Source of the DNA: Dehalococcoidia bacterium
GTDB lineage: Bacteria > Chloroflexota > Dehalococcoidia > Lucifugimonadales > UBA2962
Length of the DNA: 64,000 nt
Assembly (NCBI GenBank): GCA_965250195.1
Contig: OZ252295.1
Location: 1,295,212 to 1,359,211, forward strand
Direction of reading: 5' to 3'
Both the position numbers and the translations under genes were made by a program. Below, in pieces: positions 1 through 8,058 of the stretch. Under the pieces are notes generated by a model. The model saw only the letters and a list, made by a program, of their open reading frames with translations, ran no database searches and was not told the DNA's origin. Numbering within the stretch: position 1 is the stretch's first letter; the number at the start of each line of letters is the position of its first letter.

Positions 1-242
1 CGGACGGGACGCTTGTGGAGATAATGGAGTTGGGCAACCATCCCTTCATGTTGGGTGTGCAGTTCCATCCGGAGTTCCTGTCGCGGCCCAACCGGCCGCA
101 CCCTCTTTTTAGAGAGTTCATTGGCGCCGCCAAGCGCACATTGCGCGAGGGCGGCCAGCACGTATTGCCGTTAGACGGAGCCGGGCCAGTGATTCGCGAG
201 TTGGTAAACGAGACTCCGGTAGAGGTAAAAGAGGCGACATAG
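1..242 (+). CDS. pyrG: CTP synthase, C-terminal fragment (glutamine amidotransferase domain); 5' end lies outside the window
   Basis: Translation ...[29 protein letters not shown]... carries the conserved PyrG C-terminal GATase motif. The frame is open back to position 1. Confidence 0.85.
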   Translation, partial: DGTLVEIMELGNHPFMLGVQFHPEFLSRPNRPHPLFREFIGAAKRTLREGGQHVLPLDGAGPVIRELVNETPVEVKEAT

Positions 243-280
243 ACTGTCCCACGCCATTTACTAGGCGTCGGGACTATGCT

Positions 281-955
281 ATGTTTTCGAGGTTCCCGTT
301 GCGCATATTTCTTGATACAGCGAACGTTGACGAAATCCGCGAGAGCGTCCGGATGGGCGTGATCAGCGGAGTCACCACAAACCCTTCACTGGCGGCCAAA
401 GAGGGCATAGGCACCTCGAGTGGTTACAGGGAGGCGGTTCTCGAGATCACCGAACTGGTGGACGGCCCCATCTCCGTTGAGGTGGTAAGCCTGGACACCG
501 AGGGCATGATCGAAGAGGGCTGGGGTATCTCTCAATGGCATCCCAAGGTGGTGGTGAAGTTGCCGAGCACCCGGAGCGGATTCGAAGCGATGGCCCACCT
601 CTCCAGGGAAGGGGTCAAAATCAATCAGACACTATGTTTTTCTGTAAACCAGGCAGTCGTGGGGGCACAGACGGGGGCCGCATTCGTCAGCCCTTTTGTG
701 GGACGGTTGGACGACCAGGGTCTCGACGGCATGGATCTGGTTCGGGACATAGTCGATGTGTTCGCCAAGCACCCGATAAGTACGGAGGTACTCGCGGCCA
801 GCATCAGGCACCCGTTACATTGCCTGATGGCCGCGCAAGCAGGAGCCCACATCGCCACGATTCCCTTCAAAGTACTGGGCGAGATGATCAAGCATCCGCT
901 GACCGATACTGGAGTCGCCAGATTCAACGAGGATTGGGAGAAAGCCTCACAATAA
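281..955 (+). CDS. tal: Transaldolase / fructose-6-phosphate aldolase family (short TalC/Fsa type)
   Basis: RIFLDTANVDEIRE...GVTTNPSL...FVSPFVGRLDD are the hallmark motifs of about 215-aa transaldolases. An alternative TTG start at 299 is preceded by GAGG with a 6-nt spacer and would give the canonical MRIFLDTA N-terminus. Confidence 0.85.
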   Translation: MFSRFPLRIFLDTANVDEIRESVRMGVISGVTTNPSLAAKEGIGTSSGYREAVLEITELVDGPISVEVVSLDTEGMIEEGWGISQWHPKVVVKLPSTRSGFEAMAHLSREGVKINQTLCFSVNQAVVGAQTGAAFVSPFVGRLDDQGLDGMDLVRDIVDVFAKHPISTEVLAASIRHPLHCLMAAQAGAHIATIPFKVLGEMIKHPLTDTGVARFNEDWEKASQ

Positions 956-1131
956 ACCTCAACCAAACCCTTTAACCTTCACCTCCCCCTTTTTACGGGC
1001 CCGACGGCATTAGCCCGGCCGGGCGACCGCACCGAAACTTCCCACACACACCCATCCACCACGAAAGTCCACCCCACGCGGCCCTGCCGCTCGCACGCGA
1101 GGCGGCCCATCCTGAATCGGAGTCCAATGAC
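945..1131 (+). promoter_or_regulatory. C-rich, G-depleted leader upstream of rho (candidate rut-like autoregulatory region)
   Basis: Positions 945-996 contain no G at all (cctcacaataaacctcaaccaaaccctttaaccttcacctccccctttttac). Positions 1031-1077 are again C-rich and G-poor (cccacacacacccatccaccacgaaagtccacccca). Confidence 0.3.
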
Positions 1132-2400
1132 ATGGACCTTTTAGAGCTACAGAAATATTCAGACGACGATCTTAAGAGGGTCGCCCTCGACCTAGGCGTG
1201 CCGGAGAACGGCACCTCAGGTAGACGCCACGACCTGCTGAGGAAGGTCCTGCAGGCCTACTCGGACCGCGACGGTGGGAACATCGTCGTCAGCGGCATCC
1301 TCTCCATCGTCAACGACGGTTACGGCTTCCTTCGTCAGGGCGAAGTGATGCACGGAGCCAGCGACGTCTATGTCTCGCAGTCGCAGATCCGCCGCTTCGG
1401 CCTGCGCAACGGAGACGAAGTTGGAGGCCAGGTGCGCCCGCCCAAGGACGGCGAGCGCTACTTCGGGCTCGTCAGGGTTGAGACGGTCAACGGTGTCGAG
1501 CCTGACCGGTCCAGCAGCCGACCGCATTTCGAGCGACTCACGCCGATCTTCCCCGAAGAACGCATCGTGCTCGAAACGGACCGTAAGCAGCTCTCGGCGC
1601 GGCTCATAGACCTGTTGGCACCCATAGGTCGGGGCCAGAGAGGCATGATCGTCTCCCCGCCCAAGGCCGGTAAAACAACCTTCCTTAAAGATATCGCCAC
1701 CGGCATCACCGCCAACTCACCAGAAATTCACCTCATGGTCGCCCTCATAGGAGAGCGACCGGAAGAGGTCACCGACATGCGCCGCTCCATCAAAGGAGAG
1801 GTGTTCAGTTCCACGTTCGACGAACCTGTGGAAGACCACGTTCGGGTCGCCGAACTGGTGATCGAGCATGCCAAGCGGCTGGTAGAGGCTGGCAACGACG
1901 TCGTTATCCTCTTAGATTCGTTGACCCGGCTAACCCGGGCCTACAACCTGGCGGTGCCAACGAGCGGCCGCACGCTGTCCGGGGGAATCGACCCGGTGGC
2001 GTTATATCCGCCGAAAAAATTCTTCGGCGCCGCCCGCAACACAGAGGAGGGCGGCAGCCTCACCATACTGGCCGCCGTCCTGGTAGATACCGGCTCTCGC
2101 ATGGACGACGTCATCTACGAAGAGTTCAAGGGCACCGGCAACATGGAAATCCATCTCGACCGGCGTCTTGCCGAGCGCCGGATATTCCCGGCCATAGACA
2201 TCCACAAGAGCGGCACCCGGCGTGAAGAACTGCTTTTGGACGAGACAACCCTCAAGCAGGTGTGGCTCTTGCGCCGCATGGTCAGCATGGTCAGCTCCGA
2301 CGCCATGCACTCAACCGAAGCCATTGAAAAGGTTTTGGAGCGCATGTCCAAGTCCAAAGACAACACAGAATTCCTGGCAAATCTGGGGAGCGACGTCTAA
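1132..2400 (+). CDS. rho: Transcription termination factor Rho
   Basis: N-terminal Rho_N ([10 protein letters not shown]), the cold-shock-like RNA-binding domain (GYGFLR), Walker A PPKAGKTT and the C-terminal ...[18 protein letters not shown] motif. Length is 422 aa. Confidence 0.95.
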   Translation: MDLLELQKYSDDDLKRVALDLGVPENGTSGRRHDLLRKVLQAYSDRDGGNIVVSGILSIVNDGYGFLRQGEVMHGASDVYVSQSQIRRFGLRNGDEVGGQVRPPKDGERYFGLVRVETVNGVEPDRSSSRPHFERLTPIFPEERIVLETDRKQLSARLIDLLAPIGRGQRGMIVSPPKAGKTTFLKDIATGITANSPEIHLMVALIGERPEEVTDMRRSIKGEVFSSTFDEPVEDHVRVAELVIEHAKRLVEAGNDVVILLDSLTRLTRAYNLAVPTSGRTLSGGIDPVALYPPKKFFGAARNTEEGGSLTILAAVLVDTGSRMDDVIYEEFKGTGNMEIHLDRRLAERRIFPAIDIHKSGTRREELLLDETTLKQVWLLRRMVSMVSSDAMHSTEAIEKVLERMSKSKDNTEFLANLGSDV

Positions 2401-2495
2401 AGGTCTCTGGCGGCCCCAAAAAAAGTGTCGCTCGCGGCAGATCGAACAATCGTGCGAACACCGATAATTCCACGTGAAACTCCCATCGCGAGCCC

Positions 2496-2525
2496 TTGAC
2501 AACGGTTTTGGGCGTGGTGTACAAA
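2496..2525 (+). promoter_or_regulatory. Candidate sigma-70 promoter for the large surface-protein gene (TTGACA-N18-TACAAA)
   Basis: Perfect -35 TTGACA at 2496-2501 and TACAAA at 2520-2525, in the only AT-richer non-coding stretch between rho and the 1002-aa ORF. It implies a leader of about 175 nt. Confidence 0.4.
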
Positions 2526-2704
2526 TTACAACCGGATTGGCCCGCGAAGCCGAGAAATCGGGTTAAACGGGTCAAAACCATTCTGTAGACGGATGAACAG
2601 GATTCGTCCGGGGCGCATTGTGTGCCCTTTGGTCTATTTGGCTGCACGGAAAAACTGGCCCCGAATTTTAGGGCCAGGCAAAGCGGAAACACAGGGGGTA
2701 GGCA

Positions 2705-5700
2705 GTGAAAAGCAAGCAGAGACTGGCGATACTCTTCGGCGCAATAGTGGCGCTGATGACGATTCTGACAGTCGTGCCCGTATTCGGCGCCACCGGGACC
2801 TTGCGGTTCCCGGACGCCAGCGACACCGATGAAATTGTCAGCTGGGCCCGGCAGGGCGGCACCGTAATGATTGAGGTCACCGATGCGGACCTTGACACAG
2901 GGTCCGACAAGGTAATCCGGGTGACCCTCGAAGGTGTTTGTGCGGCTGATGAAACTTTCCAGATCACCACCTTGGGTGATTCGGAGACTTTGACGGGAAC
3001 CACGCACATTTCCACAACTGTCACAGCGCCGATCCTCGACAAAGACGGCAGCGGCGCTGTCACCCTGGCCGACGTCACTGAGACGTCCACCGACATCTCC
3101 ATTCTGTCGGTTGATGGCGGTAACGGCATCATCACGGTTCAGTGCACGTCCGACGTCCGTGATAACCGGACGTTTGACCTTAACTACTCCGCGGGCGCGG
3201 TCAACGACACAGCCTCGGCAGGTAGCTCGACGGGTTCCGTCGAGATAACCAGCGACGCCAGCCCGTCCGCTCACGCCGTCCTCCTCGAAGAGAGCGGCGC
3301 TCAGACAGGCGTGTTCCGCGGCGTTCTGTTCCTCACTTCCTCAGTCACAAACACGACAACGTTCCAGTGTCTGGATTCTGATGGCTGTACCACCGACAAC
3401 GGTGGAGGCTCCAAGGAGGTGGGTTACCGCACGACCACCGTTGCGGCGGTCAAAGAGGGCGACTACTCCAACGGCAAATGGTCGGTCGGTGACCTGCAGG
3501 TCAGCGCAGCCGACACCGTGGTCTTCTCGTTCGATGACACGGCCTCGGATGACACGGCCGTTGCGCGCACCACCTCCATAGTGGTGGAGACGACAGCTCC
3601 GACAGTGGCCAACACGGCCCCGGCGGAAGGCACCGCTACAGACAACAACCTCCCCACTGTTAGTGGCGAGGTTACCGATACTGACTCCTTGGTTAGTTCT
3701 GCATCGATCAATGTGGTGTTCGGCTTCGACTTCTCAGCGACGCCAAACACGACAATCAACGAGTCCTACGTGATAGACGTCGTCGATAATGACATCGACA
3801 CGATCGACTCCGGATTCGCTATAGAGCAGAGAGTCGCCACAATTAATGCGGCAGAGCAGAACCAGGACCAGGTCATCTACTGGTGGATCACCGGTAACGA
3901 CGTTTCTGGCAACAAGTTTGTCAGTGACGCGGAACCCAATGATTCTGATGGCGTTGCCGACGCCTGCGACGCCGCTGCCTGGTTCGAATCCGGCTTAAAC
4001 GCCGACCATGCACTGGTCAACACTGATGTTTCAGTCTCCTCCAACGTTAAGGGTTGCCAGGGCTACTCCATTAGCGTGGACCGGACTGCCCCGACATTGG
4101 ATAGCGCCACCACCGGCGTATTCTGGGACACCACCAAGACTGGCGACGACAAGACCCAGACCGACGTAACTGCGGCAGACGCAACTTCCATATCCGTCGT
4201 CTTTGACGGCGCGCTTGACGCCAGCACCGTTGACCGGACCGACTTCACCGTGGACGGCGTCACCCCGCTGGAGGTAGCGACCTTCGCAGGCGCAAACACA
4301 AGGGTCTTCCTGGAGGTCGCCTCACAGGATCCCGCCGCCCGGCCCGTAGTGGCCCTGGTGGGCGCTGTGACGGACCTTGCAGGTAATGACACGGACTCCG
4401 GCAGCGCGACCGCTACCGACGGTATCGCCCCGACGCTGACCCTCTCGGTCAGTTCGGACGCGACCCCGTCCGCGGCCAGGCCGGTCACCAATGACAAGGC
4501 CACCGTGACTCTCGGTTCTAACGAGAAGGGCACCGGTGTTCAGATCTTCGTCGTAATTGTTGGTGCCGACACCAAGATCATGGGTACCGAGACCGAGTTG
4601 ACCGAACTCGGTGGGCCGACCTCATGGACGGCTACGGCGGACCAGTCCGGCGACGGCGTGTACAACGTCCGGGCAAGGGCCAGGGACCTCAACAGCACGA
4701 CGAACGTCGGTACTGCCGGTATCACGTCGACGGCCTCTATTGATCTGGACGACGCGACCTTGTTCGAGCTCGACACATCCATTCCGTCGCCGGTCATTTT
4801 GCCCTCCAACGCGGATGGCACTGATGACCCCGACACGGTCATTTCGATTAACTTTGCCACTGAGGGCAAGGAGTACGGCCTGACCTCCGGTGGGGCCGCG
4901 TCTACGGACTCGGCAACGGTGAGCACGAACTTCGACACGTACGGCGAGGTCACCGTAACCAAGGCCGAGCTTGACGAGGTCGATATCCTGGCCAGCTTGA
5001 ACACGAACGACAACGTTCGGTTCTTGTTCAAGGCCACCGGCCTGACGATAGGCGAGCACACCCTGTCTGTGTCCGCTATGGACTCGGCTGGCAACGAAGT
5101 GGACTTCTCGGATCACACATTCGAGGTGAGTGTGCGATCCTCCACGTCCATCGCCCTGACCCCGGGTTGGAACATGGTCAGTTTCCCGGGTACCCCGGGA
5201 GACGCGTCCATTGACGCGGTCATCGGCACGGTGCCCGTGACGGTGGTTATGGCCTTCGACCCGACCAACGCCGCACAGTGGCTCATAGCTTCGCGTGCAG
5301 ACGCGACCCAGAGCTTCTCCGGCACGCTGACCACCATTAGCTCGGCCCTCGGTTACTGGGTCCTGACCGACACATTCGAGTCGATCAGCACCTTCATCCC
5401 GAGGACCGCGGGTGGTGCGGCAGGCGGCGGTACTCCGGTACAGCCTCCCACCGTCAAGCTGGTTGCGGGTTGGAACCTGGTTCCGATATTGGACGTGACA
5501 GGCGACGATGATGCCGACACGGAGATCGATCCCGACGACTACTTCGGTAGTGTGGACACGATCACCAGGGTCTACTGGTTCAACACCCTCGACGGGTCGT
5601 GGGTGACGATTGTCCACTCCTCGTCCGGCAACGACGGCTCCGATGAGGAGACGTTGCGGATCGGTAGGGCATACTGGGTCTTCACGACCGCCGCGGGTAC

Positions 5701-5713
5701 CATTACCCCATAG
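2705..5713 (+). CDS. Large secreted acidic Thr/Asp/Ser/Val-rich cell-surface protein (S-layer-like; Ig-like repeats)
   Basis: GTG start with a GGGGG Shine-Dalgarno 6 nt upstream. N-terminal signal peptide MKSKQRLAILFGAIVALMTILTVVPVFGA. Recurrent domain-boundary motifs (T)APT(V/L) at about 3593, 4084, 4424 and 4780. Two C-terminal modules carry GWN(M/L)V ... YWV motifs. Confidence 0.8.
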   Translation: MKSKQRLAILFGAIVALMTILTVVPVFGATGTLRFPDASDTDEIVSWARQGGTVMIEVTDADLDTGSDKVIRVTLEGVCAADETFQITTLGDSETLTGTTHISTTVTAPILDKDGSGAVTLADVTETSTDISILSVDGGNGIITVQCTSDVRDNRTFDLNYSAGAVNDTASAGSSTGSVEITSDASPSAHAVLLEESGAQTGVFRGVLFLTSSVTNTTTFQCLDSDGCTTDNGGGSKEVGYRTTTVAAVKEGDYSNGKWSVGDLQVSAADTVVFSFDDTASDDTAVARTTSIVVETTAPTVANTAPAEGTATDNNLPTVSGEVTDTDSLVSSASINVVFGFDFSATPNTTINESYVIDVVDNDIDTIDSGFAIEQRVATINAAEQNQDQVIYWWITGNDVSGNKFVSDAEPNDSDGVADACDAAAWFESGLNADHALVNTDVSVSSNVKGCQGYSISVDRTAPTLDSATTGVFWDTTKTGDDKTQTDVTAADATSISVVFDGALDASTVDRTDFTVDGVTPLEVATFAGANTRVFLEVASQDPAARPVVALVGAVTDLAGNDTDSGSATATDGIAPTLTLSVSSDATPSAARPVTNDKATVTLGSNEKGTGVQIFVVIVGADTKIMGTETELTELGGPTSWTATADQSGDGVYNVRARARDLNSTTNVGTAGITSTASIDLDDATLFELDTSIPSPVILPSNADGTDDPDTVISINFATEGKEYGLTSGGAASTDSATVSTNFDTYGEVTVTKAELDEVDILASLNTNDNVRFLFKATGLTIGEHTLSVSAMDSAGNEVDFSDHTFEVSVRSSTSIALTPGWNMVSFPGTPGDASIDAVIGTVPVTVVMAFDPTNAAQWLIASRADATQSFSGTLTTISSALGYWVLTDTFESISTFIPRTAGGAAGGGTPVQPPTVKLVAGWNLVPILDVTGDDDADTEIDPDDYFGSVDTITRVYWFNTLDGSWVTIVHSSSGNDGSDEETLRIGRAYWVFTTAAGTITP

Positions 5714-5753
5714 CGCGAGTGACCAGTAGGTAGATACTACGGTTAGTAGTTAG

Positions 5754-5790
5754 AATGGCCTCTCTCCTCTTCCCGGGGAGGGAGGCCATT
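5754..5790 (+). terminator. Strong GC-rich hairpin after the surface-protein gene (terminator or attenuator without a U-tract)
   Basis: AATGGCCTCTCTCC-tcttcccgg-GGAGGGAGGCCATT forms a 14-bp stem with one G-U pair, 41 nt after the stop codon. No T-run follows. Confidence 0.45.
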
Positions 5791-5816
5791 CGCTTATATG
5801 AGAGGTTGGTAGTCAC

Positions 5817-6869
5817 TTGAAAATCGCCAGAGCGAGACGGTGGGCTATTTTGGGTTTAGTGGTGGCTATCGCCCTCACCTCGCTCGTGCAACCCGTGTCA
5901 GCTCAGGCCCCACCCCCTCTACCCGCGGTCATTAACGGTGTCGTGTCATTGTCCGGTGGCGGACCCATCCCCGACGGCACGGTGCTCGTGGGTCGCATAA
6001 ACGAATACGAAACTCCTCCCGTCGTAATTAGGGGTGGCGAGTTCGAGAATCTCGTAATCGCCCCCCAGGACGGCAATCTCGTGGGTCGGTCCGTGTCCTT
6101 TCACCTGGTGCTCAAGGACTCCAACGGGGATATCATCGACAGCGTGACCGCACCGGAAAACATCACCTATCAGCCGGCGCTCATCACTAGAGACTTTTCG
6201 ATCACCTTCTCACGGATCCCGCTGCCGCCGGCGACACCGACCCCGATGCCGACGCCCACCCCGACTCTCACCCCCACCCCCACGGTGGCGCAGCCGGCCA
6301 TATTTTCCGGCCTGCTAATCGTCGTCGGTGGCGTCATTCCCGACTCAGCTCAGTTGACCGCCCGGATGGGCGACTACGTTTCTGACCCCGCTCTGATCAT
6401 CGGCGACGAGTTCAAAAACCTTGTCGTTGACCCTGGCAATCCGGGTTTCATCGGCCAGGAAGTGGAGTTCATCCTCGATGGGGTCTCATCGAACACAGTT
6501 GTGACGTTCGCGAGTGGAGGTTCGAACCGCGATCTCGAATTGATCTTCAGGGGCCTTCCGACGCCCACTCCGACGCCGACACTGACGCCGACGCCCACTG
6601 CGACACTCACACCTTCGCCGACACCCACGCCGACCGCAACGCCGTCGCCCACCGTCACCGCGTTGCCGCCGACTCCGGCAGTCGAGGCGCAAACACCTAC
6701 CGCTACGGTCGAACCGACCGCCACACCGGACCCCAGCGGCTTTTTTGGCACCTGTAGCGCCCCTAGTGGCGAAGTGCCCGTGCGGGCGGCCGTAGCCAAC
6801 GGCCTGCTCCTCTTGGGCCCGCTCGGACTCATCTGGGCCTACCGTCGCAGGCGCAGCCACGGGGAGTAG
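5817..6869 (+). CDS. Secreted protein with two homologous about 65-aa domains, Pro/Thr-rich linkers and a C-terminal TM anchor with basic tail
   Basis: TTG start. Signal peptide ...LVVAIALTSLVQPVSAQA. Duplicated module VINGVVSLSGGGPIPDGT...EFENLVI / IFSGLLIVVGGVIPDSA...EFKNLVV. C-terminus is GTCSAPSGEVPVRAAVANGLLLLGPLGLIWAYRRRRSHGE. Confidence 0.7.
   Translation: MKIARARRWAILGLVVAIALTSLVQPVSAQAPPPLPAVINGVVSLSGGGPIPDGTVLVGRINEYETPPVVIRGGEFENLVIAPQDGNLVGRSVSFHLVLKDSNGDIIDSVTAPENITYQPALITRDFSITFSRIPLPPATPTPMPTPTPTLTPTPTVAQPAIFSGLLIVVGGVIPDSAQLTARMGDYVSDPALIIGDEFKNLVVDPGNPGFIGQEVEFILDGVSSNTVVTFASGGSNRDLELIFRGLPTPTPTPTLTPTPTATLTPSPTPTPTATPSPTVTALPPTPAVEAQTPTATVEPTATPDPSGFFGTCSAPSGEVPVRAAVANGLLLLGPLGLIWAYRRRRSHGE
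6218..6284 (+). repeat. Low-complexity (ACN-CCN)n coding repeat, PT-linker 1
   Basis: Encodes PLPPATPTPMPTPTPTLTPTPT inside the 5817-6869 CDS. Confidence 0.8.
6554..6735 (+). repeat. Low-complexity (ACN-CCN)n coding repeat, PT-linker 2
   Basis: Encodes LPTPTPTPTLTPTPTATLTPSPTPTPTATPSPTVTALPPTP...TPTATVEPTATPDP inside the 5817-6869 CDS. Confidence 0.8.
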
Positions 6870-6886
6870 AATAGTCGGGAAGTCGA

Positions 6887-7906
6887 ATGCTCAGCTCCCG
6901 ACAGCAGGCCATACTCAACTACATCGTCGAGCACTACGTCGCCGGTGCCAGCCCGGTCTCGTCTCGCTCCATCATTGCCGATGGCAGGCTCGGAGTTAGC
7001 TCGGCCACAGTTCGCAACGACGTAACCGTTCTTCAGGAGCACGGTTACGTAACCCATCCGCACTCATCCGCCGGGAGCGTCCCCAGTGACAAGGCGTACA
7101 GGATGTACGTCGAATCGGTGGCCAGTAGCAACGAAAATCGCGAGCCCACTGCCACTCGGGCATCGGTTCGCCACAAATTGGCGCGGGCGAACATGGACGC
7201 TGAGTACTGGTCCAGCACAGCGGCGGGAATACTGGCCGGGTTGGTCGACAATCTTGCGGTAGCCACCCCCGCCAGGTCGGCCGAATCCAGAGTGAGGCGA
7301 CTGGACGTCGTGCCCCTGGAAGGCCTATTGGCCATGATGATCGTGGTCCTGGAACAGACCAGGCTCCGGCGGCACATGGTCCGCCTGGCTGAGCCCACCG
7401 ACGCCGACGTACTGGCCAGGTCCGCGAACCGTGTTCGCGACCTTGTAGAAGGGCAGACTCGCAGCCAACTGGCCCAAGTCCACTTCGATCTCACGCCCCT
7501 GGAGCGAAAAATACTCCAGACAACCATCGAGGTACTTGAAGCAGAAGATAAAGGCCTGTTTAGAGATCACTACTTGGACGGCCTACGGAACCTCCTGTCA
7601 CAGCCTGAGTTTGCTGAAAACCGCAAGGTGAGAGATCTGGTAGAGGGTTTCGAAGATGGCACGCTTGCCCAGGCCGTACTGGAAGAGATGCCCGAAGGCG
7701 CCACGCTGAGGGTAGTAATTGGTGCCGAAAACCGTGGAGACGTGCTGCGGCCTCTGAGCGTCGTTATCGGGCGCTACAGAGGCCCGGGCGGTGCGGTCGG
7801 TGCGATAGCGGCAGTAGGCCCGACTAGGATGCGCTATGCCCACACAATCGCCCGGGTCAAGCTAATGATCTCGGTCATGACGGAAATGGCCAACCTCAGG
7901 TCATAG
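6887..7906 (+). CDS. hrcA: Heat-inducible transcription repressor HrcA
   Basis: N-terminal winged-helix LSSRQQAILNYIVEHYVAGASPVSSRSI, a length of 339 aa, and position directly upstream of dnaJ-prmA. Confidence 0.9.
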   Translation: MLSSRQQAILNYIVEHYVAGASPVSSRSIIADGRLGVSSATVRNDVTVLQEHGYVTHPHSSAGSVPSDKAYRMYVESVASSNENREPTATRASVRHKLARANMDAEYWSSTAAGILAGLVDNLAVATPARSAESRVRRLDVVPLEGLLAMMIVVLEQTRLRRHMVRLAEPTDADVLARSANRVRDLVEGQTRSQLAQVHFDLTPLERKILQTTIEVLEAEDKGLFRDHYLDGLRNLLSQPEFAENRKVRDLVEGFEDGTLAQAVLEEMPEGATLRVVIGAENRGDVLRPLSVVIGRYRGPGGAVGAIAAVGPTRMRYAHTIARVKLMISVMTEMANLRS

Positions 7907-7981
7907 CCCGTAGAGCGGCGGACTCCCTCCCAAACTCACTCGGTCCTCACCCAAGAATCTCGTTTCCCGGTGCACGCATCC

Positions 7982-8011
7982 TTGAACGCCCTGCCGAGGT
8001 CCAAATATAAT
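7982..8011 (+). promoter_or_regulatory. Candidate sigma-70 promoter for dnaJ (TTGAAC-N18-TATAAT)
   Basis: TTGAAC at 7982-7987 and a perfect TATAAT at 8006-8011, in the 152-nt hrcA-dnaJ spacer. Confidence 0.5.
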
Positions 8012-8058
8012 TGAACATTGTGCGTCCTCAATTTGACGTACCCGGTGAACGACACTGC

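Noticed and set aside
2291-3274. 327-aa ORF on the minus strand spanning the rho 3' end, the intergenic leader and the surface-protein 5' region
   Set aside because: It is antisense to two well-supported genes and crosses a promoter/leader region. It is Arg/Gly/Pro-rich, as is typical of out-of-frame GC-rich sequence, and has no motifs or Shine-Dalgarno.
4622-5617. 331-aa minus-strand ORF (and several 150-185-aa ones) inside the 2705-5713 gene
   Set aside because: These are long antisense ORFs of the kind expected in GC-rich coding DNA. Their composition is Arg/Gly/Val/His-heavy with no domain pattern, whereas the sense frame has a signal peptide and a repeat architecture.
5711-5753. Cluster of stop codons (tag...tga...tag gta gat...tag tag tta g) after the surface-protein gene, considered as a possible recoding or read-through context
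   Set aside because: Stops occur in all three frames directly after the annotated TAG. No extended ORF continues in any frame, so this is simply a stop-rich spacer preceding the terminator hairpin.
6218-6735. Periodic ACNCCN repeats considered as a tandem-repeat or CRISPR-like array
   Set aside because: The repeats are in frame within a CDS and encode Pro/Thr linkers. There is no repeat-spacer periodicity of CRISPR size and no cas genes.
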